A stretch of DNA of 64,000 nucleotides from an uncultured Methanoregulaceae archaeon. GTDB lineage: Archaea; Halobacteriota; Methanomicrobia; Methanomicrobiales; Methanospirillaceae. The notes beneath the pieces are model-generated. The model searched no databases, was not told the DNA's origin, and saw only the letters and a list, made by a program, of their open reading frames with translations. The DNA lies in NCBI GenBank assembly GCA_963737635.1, contig CAVTTL010000001.1:128001-192000 (forward strand), read 5' to 3'. Positions 1-10,853 of the stretch are shown piece after piece. The number at the start of each line of letters is the position of its first letter. Positions within the stretch are counted from its first letter, which is position 1. The translations under genes were made by a program, and so were the position numbers.

Positions 1-1
1 C

Positions 2-754
2 GAGGCGGCGATCGGGTACGGCGGCAGGCTCCCGACCGATGGAAACGCGATGATTCTCAGGTTTGCAAACCGGGTACCCCTTATGTACCAGCAGGGCGCC
101 TGCGCGATCACGGAATGCGTCTCTAATGTCAACTGGAAATCCTACAACATCTCCCAGCAGGGTCTTCCTGGGGGCCCGGTCATGATCCTTGTCCACGTTG
201 CCTCGACTAACGTGCCCTTCACGAGCGAAAGCAAGGATGCTATAGCAGGCATCCCGGAGATTGAAAAGGAGATTGTGCTCGCGCTCCAGGACCTGGGCCG
301 GGAGCTCAAAACGTTCCTCTCACGAAGAGACAAGAACAGGCTTGCCGAGGACCGGGCCCGGGCAGTCTGCGCGGTCATCCCCGAGATCGCGGCAAAAGTC
401 AGCGAGATCGTAGAAAAACCCTTGGTGGATACCTCCCCCATTGAAGGCAGGCTGATGCGCAAACTGATCGCAAAGAAATGGACGAAGGGGGGCAGGGTAA
501 CGATCGAGGTGAACAACTACACCGGGTCCGATGCCGAGCTCTCAGTCTACGATATCTCTGCAGATAGTGCAGCGGACGCGGACATGCCACCCGCTTTTTC
601 GACAAATATGGACGGGCAGTTCACCAAAGTCTGGAAGGTGGCGGTCCCGAAACAAACGGTCTGGCGCGTCACGTATACCGGCAAAGGGGGCGGCATGCTC
701 GACATCCGGGGTATAGAAGACAACAAGAAGATGGTGGTGGATCTCGATGTCTAA
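2..754 (+). CDS. top6B: DNA topoisomerase VI subunit B (5' part outside window)
   Basis: Frame open from base 2 (EAAIGYGG...RFANRVPL...STNVPFTSESKDAIA), typical of the TopoVI-B transducer region; overlaps top6A. Confidence 0.95.
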   Translation, partial: EAAIGYGGRLPTDGNAMILRFANRVPLMYQQGACAITECVSNVNWKSYNISQQGLPGGPVMILVHVASTNVPFTSESKDAIAGIPEIEKEIVLALQDLGRELKTFLSRRDKNRLAEDRARAVCAVIPEIAAKVSEIVEKPLVDTSPIEGRLMRKLIAKKWTKGGRVTIEVNNYTGSDAELSVYDISADSAADADMPPAFSTNMDGQFTKVWKVAVPKQTVWRVTYTGKGGGMLDIRGIEDNKKMVVDLDV

Positions 755-1835
755 AGAAGAACTCGATGCACGGTCGAAGAAAGCGCTTCTGGCGATTGCT
801 TCCGCATGGTACGACCAGATGATGGCCGGGGAGATCCCGTCGATTTCGCTTCCCACCCGTACCAAGTACAACATCGAGTACGACGATGTAAGCGAGGTCT
901 GGAAGTACGGTGACAAGGAGAGCCTGAGGACGGCGGCAACCGCAAAGAGCGCGACGCATCTCCTGAAAATGGCCTATGTGATCGGTTTTGTCAAACAGCA
1001 GCTCATCGAGAACCGGTCTTCGACACTCAGGGAAATGTATTACATCTCGGAGGGTTGGAAACGGGCGAAGTTTGCCGCGCAGGACGAGAGCAACTTTCTT
1101 GTTGAGGATCTTGAGATCATTTCCGATGTGCCCCGCGAGGGTTTCCATCTCCGGCCTGAGGAGGATGGAGCAAGCATCTACGGCCCGATGCGGATCCGGG
1201 AGCAGACCCGAAGGGGCTTGAAAACCATCCACTGCCAGGACGACGTAGGGGCTGCCGGATATTCAATCCCGAACAACGTAGAGAGTATCGAATTCGTCGA
1301 CCACGACGCGAAGTTTGTCATCGCGATGGAGACGGGAGGTATGTACGACCGGCTCATCGAAAACGGTTTTGACGAGGAGTACAACGCGATCCTCCTCCAT
1401 CTCAAAGGGCAGCCGGCCCGATCCACGCGCCGGATGCTCAACCGGATCAGTCAGACCTGGAACCTCCCTATCTGTGTCTTTACCGATGGCGATCCATGGT
1501 CCTACCGGATCTACGCATCGGTCGCCTACGGGGCCATCAAGAGCGCACATCTGTCTGAGCTCCTGGCATCTCCAAAGGCACAGTTTTTGGGCCTCCAACC
1601 AAGCGACATCCGGGACTATAACCTGCCCTCTGACAAATTGTCAGAGAAGGATGTCGAGGCCTTAAATGCTGAGCTGACCGATCCCCGGTTCGCAACCGAG
1701 TACTGGAAAAAGCAGATCAATTTGCAACTTGAACTGGGTCTCAAATCGGAACAGCAGGCATTTGCAGCCCGGGGGCTGGATTTTGTCACAAAGACATACC
1801 TGCCCTCGCGGCTCACCGAAATGGGCGTGATCTAG
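747..1835 (+). CDS. top6A: DNA topoisomerase VI subunit A
   Basis: STLREMYY catalytic Tyr motif, TOPRIM motifs E-TGGM, KGQP and FTDGDPW. Confidence 0.97.
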   Translation: MSKEELDARSKKALLAIASAWYDQMMAGEIPSISLPTRTKYNIEYDDVSEVWKYGDKESLRTAATAKSATHLLKMAYVIGFVKQQLIENRSSTLREMYYISEGWKRAKFAAQDESNFLVEDLEIISDVPREGFHLRPEEDGASIYGPMRIREQTRRGLKTIHCQDDVGAAGYSIPNNVESIEFVDHDAKFVIAMETGGMYDRLIENGFDEEYNAILLHLKGQPARSTRRMLNRISQTWNLPICVFTDGDPWSYRIYASVAYGAIKSAHLSELLASPKAQFLGLQPSDIRDYNLPSDKLSEKDVEALNAELTDPRFATEYWKKQINLQLELGLKSEQQAFAARGLDFVTKTYLPSRLTEMGVI

Positions 1836-1842
1836 GAAAAGC

Positions 1843-3249
1843 ATGAGCGTCGCTGTCTGCTACCCGGATACATATGCTGTTGAGGAGACCTTCCAGCTCC
1901 TTAAGATACCTTGGGAATGGTACGTGGACGGTCGGCAGTACGATGTGGTGATTGCGCGAAAACCAGATGTACCCGGCTGGACGGGAAACCTCATCGATCT
2001 CACGACAAATGATTTTTTTTCCAGGATAGCCACTATGCTTAACACCGGCCGGTTCCACATGCATGAACCGGCGTGTGATAGCCTGATCGATACGCTCCGG
2101 CAGGAACTCAGGAGACATACTGTGCTCGCGGAGATCCCTCCCGCCCCGTGGGGACATCCTTATATGGTGGCACTCACGCATGACGTGGATGTTACTTCCG
2201 TCAGGGAATGCCGGCTTGCAACGGCCGGTTATGCGGCGTTCCGGTGCATGGGAAGCGGCATGGTTTCCACCGGGCTCCGGCTCGGGTTTGCCTGCATCGG
2301 CATCGGAGACGATCCTTGGGCACTCTTTGATCGCTGGAAGACATGCGAAGAGGAACTGGGTGTGCGTTCGACGTTCTTTTTTGTTCCGAGAAAGAATGAT
2401 CCCGGTGTGCACGCGCACCCGTACCGGGCAATCAGGTATAACCTGGGGGAAAAAACCGGGGTACTGCGTGACCTCGAACAGAATGGCTGGGAAACCGGCG
2501 TTCACGGCATTGACAACTGGACGGACGCCGCACGTGGTAAAGAGGAGCTGAAAGCTCTTGGCACAGGTACCAAAAATCCCGGCAACAGGACGCACTGGCT
2601 CCTCTTTGACCGGGACAGCTGGAGAGTACTGGACGAGGCCGGATATTCGTACGACACGACATTCGGGTACAACGACGACGCTGGTTTCCGTGCAGGAACC
2701 CTTCAGGTGTACAAGCCGCGGGATGTACAGGACCTTCTGGAACTTCCGCTCCATATCCAGGATATCGGGCTGTTCGGGAAGTTCTGCTGGGCGCCCTCCG
2801 GTACCAGCTGGGAGAAAATCCCGTGCCTGCGGCTTGATGAACGGGAAGCACGTACCCGTTGTGACGGCATTTTCGATTACGCACGCACATTTGGAGGAGC
2901 CGTGACAATCCTCTGGCACTACGAAAACCTCGTGCCGCCCAGGAACTGGTCCGGAATCTACGTTGATCTGGTTAAGCGTGCACAAGCCGACGGAGCGTGG
3001 GTAACCACAGCAGGGGCAGTGGTGAAGTGGTTCAGGAAAAGGAGGGAGACAGGGATTGAATATGATATGAATAAAAACGTACTGACCATCCGGGTCCATA
3101 CTTCCCCTGCCGGGTGTAATCCCCCGCTCCTCGTGCGGGTCCATATAAATCCGGCCCGGGTCGTTCATATCAATGCAGCGTATAATTCCGGCGATGGATA
3201 TGTGGATATTATGGGCACTGTACCGGAAATAACGGTGACACTTACATGA
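1843..3249 (+). CDS. polysaccharide deacetylase-like protein
   Basis: LTHDVD, STFFF, GVHG, YDTTFG, LELPL and ILWH motifs of the CE4/NodB-like fold. Confidence 0.8.
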   Translation: MSVAVCYPDTYAVEETFQLLKIPWEWYVDGRQYDVVIARKPDVPGWTGNLIDLTTNDFFSRIATMLNTGRFHMHEPACDSLIDTLRQELRRHTVLAEIPPAPWGHPYMVALTHDVDVTSVRECRLATAGYAAFRCMGSGMVSTGLRLGFACIGIGDDPWALFDRWKTCEEELGVRSTFFFVPRKNDPGVHAHPYRAIRYNLGEKTGVLRDLEQNGWETGVHGIDNWTDAARGKEELKALGTGTKNPGNRTHWLLFDRDSWRVLDEAGYSYDTTFGYNDDAGFRAGTLQVYKPRDVQDLLELPLHIQDIGLFGKFCWAPSGTSWEKIPCLRLDEREARTRCDGIFDYARTFGGAVTILWHYENLVPPRNWSGIYVDLVKRAQADGAWVTTAGAVVKWFRKRRETGIEYDMNKNVLTIRVHTSPAGCNPPLLVRVHINPARVVHINAAYNSGDGYVDIMGTVPEITVTLT

Positions 3250-4397
3250 AAGTCGTTCTGACTGATGGCAATTTCAAGCATACTCTCGCAGCTGTGCGCT
3301 CCTTAGGGATACGGGGGGCAGATGTCACCGTGCTTTCGCACATGCCGACGAGTATCTCCTTTTATTCACGATACTGCCATCGTCATGTGATCGCTCCGGA
3401 TCCCGAGAAGGATCCAGGTTTTGCAGATTTCCTGCTCGAGTTTGTTAAAAACGATCATTTCGATGTCCTGCTGCCGGTCAGCTTCGCCGCGGTGATGCAG
3501 GTATCCCGAATCCGGCAGGAGCTGGAAAGATACGTACACATCGCCCTTCCCGATACACCTGCGCTCGAGATCGCCGCAAGCAAGGACCGCACCATCCGGT
3601 ACGCAGAAAAGATCGGCCTTTGCGTGCCGAAAACATGGTACCCACATTCAGAAGCCGAGGCGCGGGAGATTGCCCGGGAAGTAACCTACCCTGCCGTGAT
3701 CAAAGGATCCGAGGAATCCGGTTTTGTCCGGTATGCAAACGCGCCTGAGGAACTGGCCAAAAAATACCGGATGATCTCCCGGTACTCACCGGTTATTCAA
3801 GAATATATTACGGGCGAGGGATACGGGTTTTTTGCGCTTTATAACCACGGGAAGGCAAGAGCGATCTTCATGCACCGGCGAATCCGGGAGTACCCGGTTA
3901 CGGGAGGCCCTAGTGCCGTAGCTGAAAGTGTGTACGACCAGGTCCTCCGGGATGCGGGCCTCCGCCTTCTCGACAGCCTGAACTGGCACGGGGTGGCGAT
4001 GGTGGAGTTCAAGAAAGACGTAAAGACCGGGAAATTCGTGCTCATGGAGATCAATCCCAAGTTCTGGGGATCGCTTGGGCTCTCCATAGCGGCTGGCGTA
4101 GATTTCCCCAACCTGACCTGCCGTATGGCTCTTGACGGCGACATTGCGCCGGTCTGCCGGTACAAAACCGGAGTAAAATACCGCTGGCTTTTCCCGGCTG
4201 ATCTCTTTCATGTAATGACCAGTCCCAGCGCGCTCCCGCAGTTCATCCGGGATTTCGGGGATCGCACCATGCAGTACGATATAGATATTCATGATCCCGC
4301 CCCCACCATTATGCAGGCAGGGATGACTGCTGCCGAGCTTGTGATCCGTATATATCAGCACCGTTTCTGGAGGCCGCATGGACGACCTGATCGCTGA
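3246..4397 (+). CDS. ATP-grasp domain protein (carboxylate-amine ligase-like)
   Basis: VPKT, YPAVIK, QEYITG, MVEFK and LMEINPKFWGS ATP-grasp motifs. Confidence 0.88.
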   Translation: MKVVLTDGNFKHTLAAVRSLGIRGADVTVLSHMPTSISFYSRYCHRHVIAPDPEKDPGFADFLLEFVKNDHFDVLLPVSFAAVMQVSRIRQELERYVHIALPDTPALEIAASKDRTIRYAEKIGLCVPKTWYPHSEAEAREIAREVTYPAVIKGSEESGFVRYANAPEELAKKYRMISRYSPVIQEYITGEGYGFFALYNHGKARAIFMHRRIREYPVTGGPSAVAESVYDQVLRDAGLRLLDSLNWHGVAMVEFKKDVKTGKFVLMEINPKFWGSLGLSIAAGVDFPNLTCRMALDGDIAPVCRYKTGVKYRWLFPADLFHVMTSPSALPQFIRDFGDRTMQYDIDIHDPAPTIMQAGMTAAELVIRIYQHRFWRPHGRPDR

Positions 4398-5049
4398 TCT
4401 CCATATCCACTCGAAGTACTCCCACGATTCCCTGATGTCCCCGGAGAAGATCGTGAGGTACGCACGAAAAGCCGGGCTGACCTGTATTGCGATAACCGAT
4501 CACGATACCATACGCGGAGGCATTGAAGGAAAAAAAGCAGGGGGAAAATATGGCGTCGAGGTCATTGTCGGATCTGAGATAAATACCGAATGCGGGGATA
4601 TCATCGGCCTCAATCTCAGTGAAGAGATACGTGTTACCGGATGGCAGGAGGTCATACGGGCCGTACGGTTGCAGGGAGGTACCGTGGTGCTGCCCCATCC
4701 TTACCGCGATCACGTATCCGTAGAAAAGATTGCAGCGTGCGTGGATTTTATAGAGATATGGAATGGCAGATCAACCGAACAACAAAATAGGGATGCAAAA
4801 GATCTCGCAACGGGCACAGGAAAACCGGTAATGTACGGGAGCGATGCCCATAGCATCTCAGAGATCGGTGCGGTAAAAGCCCTCATCGATCCGGTCACAT
4901 ACCAGTACCGGGGGATCCTCTCAGTCCGCCCTGCATCTTCTTCTGAAATACGTCGCAGCCGTATTATCAGCCTGGTAAAACAGCGGAAATGGAGAACGTT
5001 GATCTCGCAGGGAAAGAGCTATCTTGGACAGAAATTATGGCCTCTCTGA
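4378..5049 (+). CDS. PHP-domain phosphoesterase
   Basis: DLHIHS, AITDHD, HPY and GSDAH motifs. Confidence 0.9.
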   Translation: MDDLIADLHIHSKYSHDSLMSPEKIVRYARKAGLTCIAITDHDTIRGGIEGKKAGGKYGVEVIVGSEINTECGDIIGLNLSEEIRVTGWQEVIRAVRLQGGTVVLPHPYRDHVSVEKIAACVDFIEIWNGRSTEQQNRDAKDLATGTGKPVMYGSDAHSISEIGAVKALIDPVTYQYRGILSVRPASSSEIRRSRIISLVKQRKWRTLISQGKSYLGQKLWPL

Positions 5050-5125
5050 TGGCAGTGTCCAGTGAAAACACGGAAGATGCCGGAGAAGATTTCACCGATA
5101 ACGACAAATACGAAAAACGGGACTG

Positions 5126-6370
5126 GTGAGGCATATAAGTCAGAAATCGGTTCAACCCATACCAGAAGATACCAGCGATAAAACATTGTTGGTAATTACC
5201 CCGGATTTTCCTGATGAAAAAAACCGGTATATCGGTTCCATCTATGTGAAAAACCAGATTGAGCCTCTCAAAAAATGGTTCAAACAGATTATTGTTATCT
5301 GCCCGGTCCTGTTTAGTTTCCGGCTGCTGCCCAATGACCGGTACTGTTTTGATTACCAGTACGATAACGTGAAGGTCTATTATCCCCGCTGTTTCTTCCT
5401 ACCCCGCGGCATTCACATCCCCGGCATGAGCAACAAAAAAAAGATATCGTTCGATTACCGGTATTCCGCGGTCAGGAGAGTCATTACCAAAGAAAACCTA
5501 TGCTTTGACCTGATCCATGCCCACTTCACCTGGCCCTCTGCGGCAATAGCGGTCCGGCTCAAGGAGGAATGCCACGTTCCGGTAGTGGTAACAATCCATG
5601 AGGATTCGGGCTGGCTTTCCGAGGAAATTGAGGATCACGATCCGCGGATCACTGGTGCATGGGGGAAAGCAGATGCCCTCATCCGGGTCAACAAAACCGA
5701 GGTTCCGGTGTTGCAACGGTTCAACACTAACGTGTATGCCGTCCCCAACGGGTTTGCGCCGGAATATATGCCCATGGACATGCAGGAATGCAGAAGAACG
5801 GTTGGCCTGTCTGGAGAAAAGAAAATCCTGTTTTCCTTCGGCGATATTCTCGAACGCAAAGGATTCCAGTACCTCATCGACGCAATGAAGATCCTCTCCG
5901 GCCAAAGAGACGATCTTCTCTGCGTTATTTCGGGGAAAGGCGGGTACAAATCCAGTCTCATCACACAGATCAAGCGGCTCGGCCTTGGCGATGCGGTGAT
6001 CCTTCTCGATTATATCCCAACGGAAAAAATGCCGGTCTGGATCAACAGTGCAGACCTGTTTGTGTTCCCCAGCCTCAAGGAAAGTTTCGGCATTGTGCAG
6101 GTCGAAGCTCTTGCCTGCGGGAAACCGGTCATCGCTGCACGAAATGCCGGCAGCACCGAGGTGATCACCTCCGGAGACGTCGGGATCCTGTGCGAATCCG
6201 GAAGTGCCGTATCACTCGCCGATGCTATCGCCCGCGGCCTGGAACGGTCATGGGACACTACAAAGATCCTTGAATACGCCAAACAATACCGGTGGGAAAC
6301 AATTGCAACGGATCTTGCCGGGATTTATAAAACCGTTCTGGAAAAAAACCCGACCGATCAGGGTTCGTGA
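5126..6370 (+). CDS. glycosyltransferase family 4
   Basis: HAHF, RKG, ESFGIVQVEALACGKPVI. Confidence 0.92.
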   Translation: MRHISQKSVQPIPEDTSDKTLLVITPDFPDEKNRYIGSIYVKNQIEPLKKWFKQIIVICPVLFSFRLLPNDRYCFDYQYDNVKVYYPRCFFLPRGIHIPGMSNKKKISFDYRYSAVRRVITKENLCFDLIHAHFTWPSAAIAVRLKEECHVPVVVTIHEDSGWLSEEIEDHDPRITGAWGKADALIRVNKTEVPVLQRFNTNVYAVPNGFAPEYMPMDMQECRRTVGLSGEKKILFSFGDILERKGFQYLIDAMKILSGQRDDLLCVISGKGGYKSSLITQIKRLGLGDAVILLDYIPTEKMPVWINSADLFVFPSLKESFGIVQVEALACGKPVIAARNAGSTEVITSGDVGILCESGSAVSLADAIARGLERSWDTTKILEYAKQYRWETIATDLAGIYKTVLEKNPTDQGS

Positions 6371-7515
6371 GAGAGGACCCGGGAATAGACGTCCAGGTGC
6401 TGGCGTGCAACGATCTCCGGCCGGAACTGCTGTGCATTCTCTCTCCCGGCCTCTTCCAGGGTCCGGCGCCGTGTGCTATCCTGCAACAAGGAGATGATGC
6501 CTGCTGCCATCGCACGGTCATCGCCGCATTCCACGAGGATACCGTTAATGCCGTCCTGGATCATGTCCGGGATCCCCCCAGCCCGTGTTGCGACGACGGG
6601 AGTACCGGTGGCCATCGCCTCAAGGATCACGATTCCCTGCGATTCTTCGTAGGAGGGCAAAACGAAGACTGCCGCCTCCCGGTATTCGTGAAGCAACGCT
6701 GAATCAGGTAACTGCCCGCAAAAGACGACGTTTTTTTCGAGGTTGTGGGATCTTATGAGACCGAGTATCGAATGATGATATACCACCTTCCGGATTCCTC
6801 CGACAATGTGCAGCTCGATATCCGGTATATCCATCTTAATTCTGGCAAGTGCCCGGATGAGGACATCAAGTCCTTTACGTTCTTCTATCCCGCCGACAAA
6901 AAGGATCCGGTTAGGATGTTCATCTTTTTGTACGGTAAAAAATTTGGGTTCAACCGGGTTAAATATCACCGATATCATTCCCTGTGTCATTGGTTGCACT
7001 GATTTTTTTACATAGGGCGATATAGCGATAATATGAAGAGCACGATTGAGGACAAAACGTTCCATCTGACGACCGGTTATAGCATGATATTTACCCTTTA
7101 TACCAGTCCAGTGCTTCGATTCTTCGTGGATGACCCCCTCGACCGTGATTACCGTGCGGCGGGGATCCCACTGTAAGGCCGGATATGCATAATCCTTTCC
7201 CGTTCCAAAAGCATGAACAATATCAGGTTGAATTGCTACGATGTTTTTTCTGATAATATAATCCGTAAGTTGCTTGGGAACAAGTATTGGCATATACTTC
7301 AACGGGAATCGTATATAGTGCACGAAAAGATTATCCTCATTAATAACAGTAGATTTTTTCACGTCTGAATTGAGTGTGCAGATATGAAATTCATAATCAG
7401 GTTCACTTGTTTTTAATTCCTGAACGATCGTGTAGAGGGCTCTGGGGACCCCCCCCGTTATTGGTTTTCCCGGCGAGGGGTAATCAGAGCAGAGCAGGAT
7501 CTTTTTCGTATGCAT
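6358..7515 (-). CDS. glycosyltransferase family 4
   Basis: RKGLDVL, ESQGIVILEAMATGTPVV. Confidence 0.92.
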   Translation of the reverse strand: MHTKKILLCSDYPSPGKPITGGVPRALYTIVQELKTSEPDYEFHICTLNSDVKKSTVINEDNLFVHYIRFPLKYMPILVPKQLTDYIIRKNIVAIQPDIVHAFGTGKDYAYPALQWDPRRTVITVEGVIHEESKHWTGIKGKYHAITGRQMERFVLNRALHIIAISPYVKKSVQPMTQGMISVIFNPVEPKFFTVQKDEHPNRILFVGGIEERKGLDVLIRALARIKMDIPDIELHIVGGIRKVVYHHSILGLIRSHNLEKNVVFCGQLPDSALLHEYREAAVFVLPSYEESQGIVILEAMATGTPVVATRAGGIPDMIQDGINGILVECGDDRAMAAGIISLLQDSTRRRTLEEAGRENAQQFRPEIVARQHLDVYSRVLSHEP

Positions 7516-7750
7516 TTTTTTACCATCGCTATTGTTAGAAATTCGACGTTTGAGAAGAAGGTGTTTCTGAATAATCTAGTGCGTTCACTATCATTATTTT
7601 AATGAATGTTTTTATGCTTACCTGTATCCCTGAAAAATATATCTTTTTCTTTGTGATTTGATCATACCGCGCCGTCGACCCCGGGTATCACAACAAAGAA
7701 ACAACGTAACCAGCTATTACAGATAGGGCACTGTTTTTTGATACGAGTCC

Positions 7751-8671
7751 TTAGGTATTTCTCGTTCTCTTTATCAGATATTTTAGAATTTTAGGGAGGG
7801 CAACAGGGAATAAATAGAAGTAGCGTAAGACGACACGGAGATAATCCATTCGTGTGCAGGACGATGATTCGTAAGCCATGCGATTGAGGATTATATCACA
7901 TTTCGTCGTTTGAATCCGATAGAACAGCAATAATTTTACTGCAAACGACAGCCGCTGTCTTTTCTGCAGGAAGTCTTCGAGCCGGTATAACACTTTCAGC
8001 ACGCACCGGTAGTACCTCACGTACGACCCGGATTGCCTGCACTGGACACTTTCGGGATTTATAGAATACTGGAACAATGGCTCGGGATCAAAGTAAATCC
8101 CGGAAACTGCCGCAAATCTTGCCGACAGGTCATAATCTTCACACAGCGGAAGATCTGCCCCCACGTGATACATTCCTGTTTTTTCAAGCAGTGCGGCACG
8201 GATTATACACGAGGAGGTCACCACAAAATCCCCCATGATCTCCTGGTTGAGCATATCCTGTTTGTTTTTGATCTTCCGGGGGACATACATGGTTTTTTTG
8301 CTATCTTCCAGTTCCACGTACCCGTTACTGCACCCGAGACCGATCTCCGGATTTTTTTCCAGAACTTCAACCTGTCGGTATAGTTTCTCAGGAAACCATA
8401 TATCGTCATCATCGAGAAATGCAATGTATTTTCCTCGGGCGTTTTTCATACCTGCATTCCGTGATTCGGCCGGATAAGGTGTCTGCGGGATCCTGATATA
8501 GTGAACCGTGTCTCCAAAATCCTTTACTACCCATTCAGCGGCCCCACAATCATCAACGATAATAATTTCATACGGGGAATATGTCTGGGCCAGGATGCTT
8601 TTTACTGCATGTACCAGCAAACGGTTCCGATTATGGGTAGGAACGATAACGCTGACAAGGGGGGACGACAT
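7751..8671 (-). CDS. glycosyltransferase family 2
   Basis: VSVIVPTHN, IIVDD, FLDDDD, CEDYDL. Confidence 0.92.
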   Translation of the reverse strand: MSSPLVSVIVPTHNRNRLLVHAVKSILAQTYSPYEIIIVDDCGAAEWVVKDFGDTVHYIRIPQTPYPAESRNAGMKNARGKYIAFLDDDDIWFPEKLYRQVEVLEKNPEIGLGCSNGYVELEDSKKTMYVPRKIKNKQDMLNQEIMGDFVVTSSCIIRAALLEKTGMYHVGADLPLCEDYDLSARFAAVSGIYFDPEPLFQYSINPESVQCRQSGSYVRYYRCVLKVLYRLEDFLQKRQRLSFAVKLLLFYRIQTTKCDIILNRMAYESSSCTRMDYLRVVLRYFYLFPVALPKILKYLIKRTRNT

Positions 8672-8798
8672 AAAATACGATCCTCTTAAAAAATGGGAAC
8701 TGCCTCTTTTTATGATCTAGGATTCTCCCTTACAAAAATCTATTCGAACGATACACATTTGAAGGTACGAAAAAAACAGTAAAGGAGTGATACTAATA

Positions 8799-9674
8799 AT
8801 GCTCACATTTTTTTCTATTCCCAAGCCATTCGCTGGAAAAATTGCGGTTCTCCAGAAAAATGCCATCCGGAGCTGGAAACAGGTCTGCCCGGAATGTGAG
8901 ATCCTGTTGTTTGGCGATGAGCCCGGGATCAAAGAAGCCGCAGAGGAATATGGTGTGCGCCACATTCCGGAAGTAAAAAAGAATGCTTATGGGACGCCTA
9001 TTCTCGAGGATATTTTTGACCAAGCCAGAAAATTATCCAAAAATGATCTCCTGTGTTACATCAACTGTGACATTATCCTGACAAGCGACATCATTGCAGC
9101 GCCAAAAAAAATTCCTTTCGAAGACTATCTTCTCGTTGGCCAGAGGACAAACGTCGATATTGATACTGAACTGGTCTTTAATGAAACGTGGGAGCACGAT
9201 TTACGGGAGCGGGCCCAGAACTACGGAGTATATGAAGGCACAATGGGCATTGATTATTTCCTCTATCCCAAAAAATCCATTACCCATATGCTGCCATTCG
9301 CCGTGGGGAGGCGCGGTTGGGACAACTGGTTTATTTACAACGCACGAAAGGAGGGAATCGCAGTCGTCGATTGTACTCCGGCGGTACTTGTTGTACACCA
9401 GAACCATGGATACGATCATGTCAAGCAAAAGACAGGCACCCGGTGGGAGGGGCCTGAATCTGACGTCAATATGAACTTGATTGGAAACCCGGCTTATCTC
9501 TGGGATCTTGGTGACGCAGACTGGATATTATCAGAACACGGTGTTACGAAAAAACCGTTCAGTCTACTGGGGGTTTACCGGTATTTCATACTTCATTCCC
9601 CGGGAATTCTTTTACCCATTATCAGTGGAATCGCTTCGGGGATTGTGAAAGTGAAAAAAATGAGTGGTATTTGA
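8799..9674 (+). CDS. putative GT-A fold glycosyltransferase
   Basis: QKNAIRSW, INCDII (DxD-like), WDNW and VHQNH; located in a glycan locus. Confidence 0.65.
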   Translation: MLTFFSIPKPFAGKIAVLQKNAIRSWKQVCPECEILLFGDEPGIKEAAEEYGVRHIPEVKKNAYGTPILEDIFDQARKLSKNDLLCYINCDIILTSDIIAAPKKIPFEDYLLVGQRTNVDIDTELVFNETWEHDLRERAQNYGVYEGTMGIDYFLYPKKSITHMLPFAVGRRGWDNWFIYNARKEGIAVVDCTPAVLVVHQNHGYDHVKQKTGTRWEGPESDVNMNLIGNPAYLWDLGDADWILSEHGVTKKPFSLLGVYRYFILHSPGILLPIISGIASGIVKVKKMSGI

Positions 9675-9866
9675 AAGAGCGATGAGGTGATTTTGGTATG
9701 GCATCCCGCGGGTGAAATCTGGTTGCCTAATCTCCATTTCAATCTTTACATCACCTTATGAACTAACAAACGGAGATCAGATCAAGATCAATTTTACCGC
9801 TGGTCGATTACACTCCTGAAAATACTACGATAAAGTCTTATTAATTAAAAATTCAATTAGTGATGA

Positions 9867-10853
9867 ATGTCCAGTAAAAACCCGCCAATAGTGACTACCC
9901 GGACTATTACCGCATCGGACCCGGTTGAACCTGAAAAAAAACTCCGGACCCCGATATTACTTCTCACCTTCAACCGTCAGGAAACGATGCAAAAAGTTTT
10001 CAACGAAATCCGGAAAGCGCGGCCGGAACAACTTTTTGTGGCTACTGATGCTCCCCGTAAGGATCATCCAACAGATATCGAGAAATGCAAAAAGGTTCTG
10101 GACATAGTTCATTCAGTTGATTGGGATTGTACTCTTTCAATATTTACTCACGAGGAAAATGTTGGCGGCAAAATCGGTATAACATCCGCGATGGACTGGT
10201 TCTTTTCTCAGGTTGAGATGGGTATTATTTTTGAAGATGACTGCCTGCCCGACCAGAGCTTCTTCCCATTCTGTCAGGAATTGTTAGAGCGATACCGGTA
10301 TGATGAAAGGATCATGATGATCTCCGGTGACAACTTCCAGGGTGGGAGGATAAGAACGGAGTACAGTTATTATTTCTCGCGGTATCCTCACACATGGGGA
10401 TATGCGACATGGCGGCGGGTCTGGAAAGACTACGATATCGCTATCAAAAAATGGCCGATGATCCGGGATGGCGGGTGGCTGGAAGATATCCTTCAGGATA
10501 AAAAAGCAGTCCGGTATTGGACCGGAATCTTCGAAGGCGTATATAATAGGACTATCTATTCCCATGATTACCAGATAGGATTTCTCTGTTGGATTACCGG
10601 GCGATTGTGCATCCTGCCGAACACCAATCTGATATCTAATATCGGTTTTGGGCAGGATGCCGCTCATACCAGCGATGTGAATAGTCCTTTCGCCAACATG
10701 CCGACAGTTCCTGTGCAATTCCCGCTGAACCATCCTCCATTTATCATCAGGGATAATAGGGCAGATCAATTCTCCCAAAGAACACATTTTGATACCGCAA
10801 CATGGATCAGCAGAACGCGATACTTTTTGGGACATATGTTGGGGCGAATATGA
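9867..10853 (+). CDS. nucleotide-diphospho-sugar transferase (GT-A)
   Basis: PILLLTFNR, IIFEDDCLP, WGYATWRR, NLISNIGFG. Confidence 0.8.
   Translation: MSSKNPPIVTTRTITASDPVEPEKKLRTPILLLTFNRQETMQKVFNEIRKARPEQLFVATDAPRKDHPTDIEKCKKVLDIVHSVDWDCTLSIFTHEENVGGKIGITSAMDWFFSQVEMGIIFEDDCLPDQSFFPFCQELLERYRYDERIMMISGDNFQGGRIRTEYSYYFSRYPHTWGYATWRRVWKDYDIAIKKWPMIRDGGWLEDILQDKKAVRYWTGIFEGVYNRTIYSHDYQIGFLCWITGRLCILPNTNLISNIGFGQDAAHTSDVNSPFANMPTVPVQFPLNHPPFIIRDNRADQFSQRTHFDTATWISRTRYFLGHMLGRI

Noticed and set aside
1813-3168. 451-aa minus-strand ORF
   Set aside because: Antisense shadow of the deacetylase gene with no recognisable motifs.
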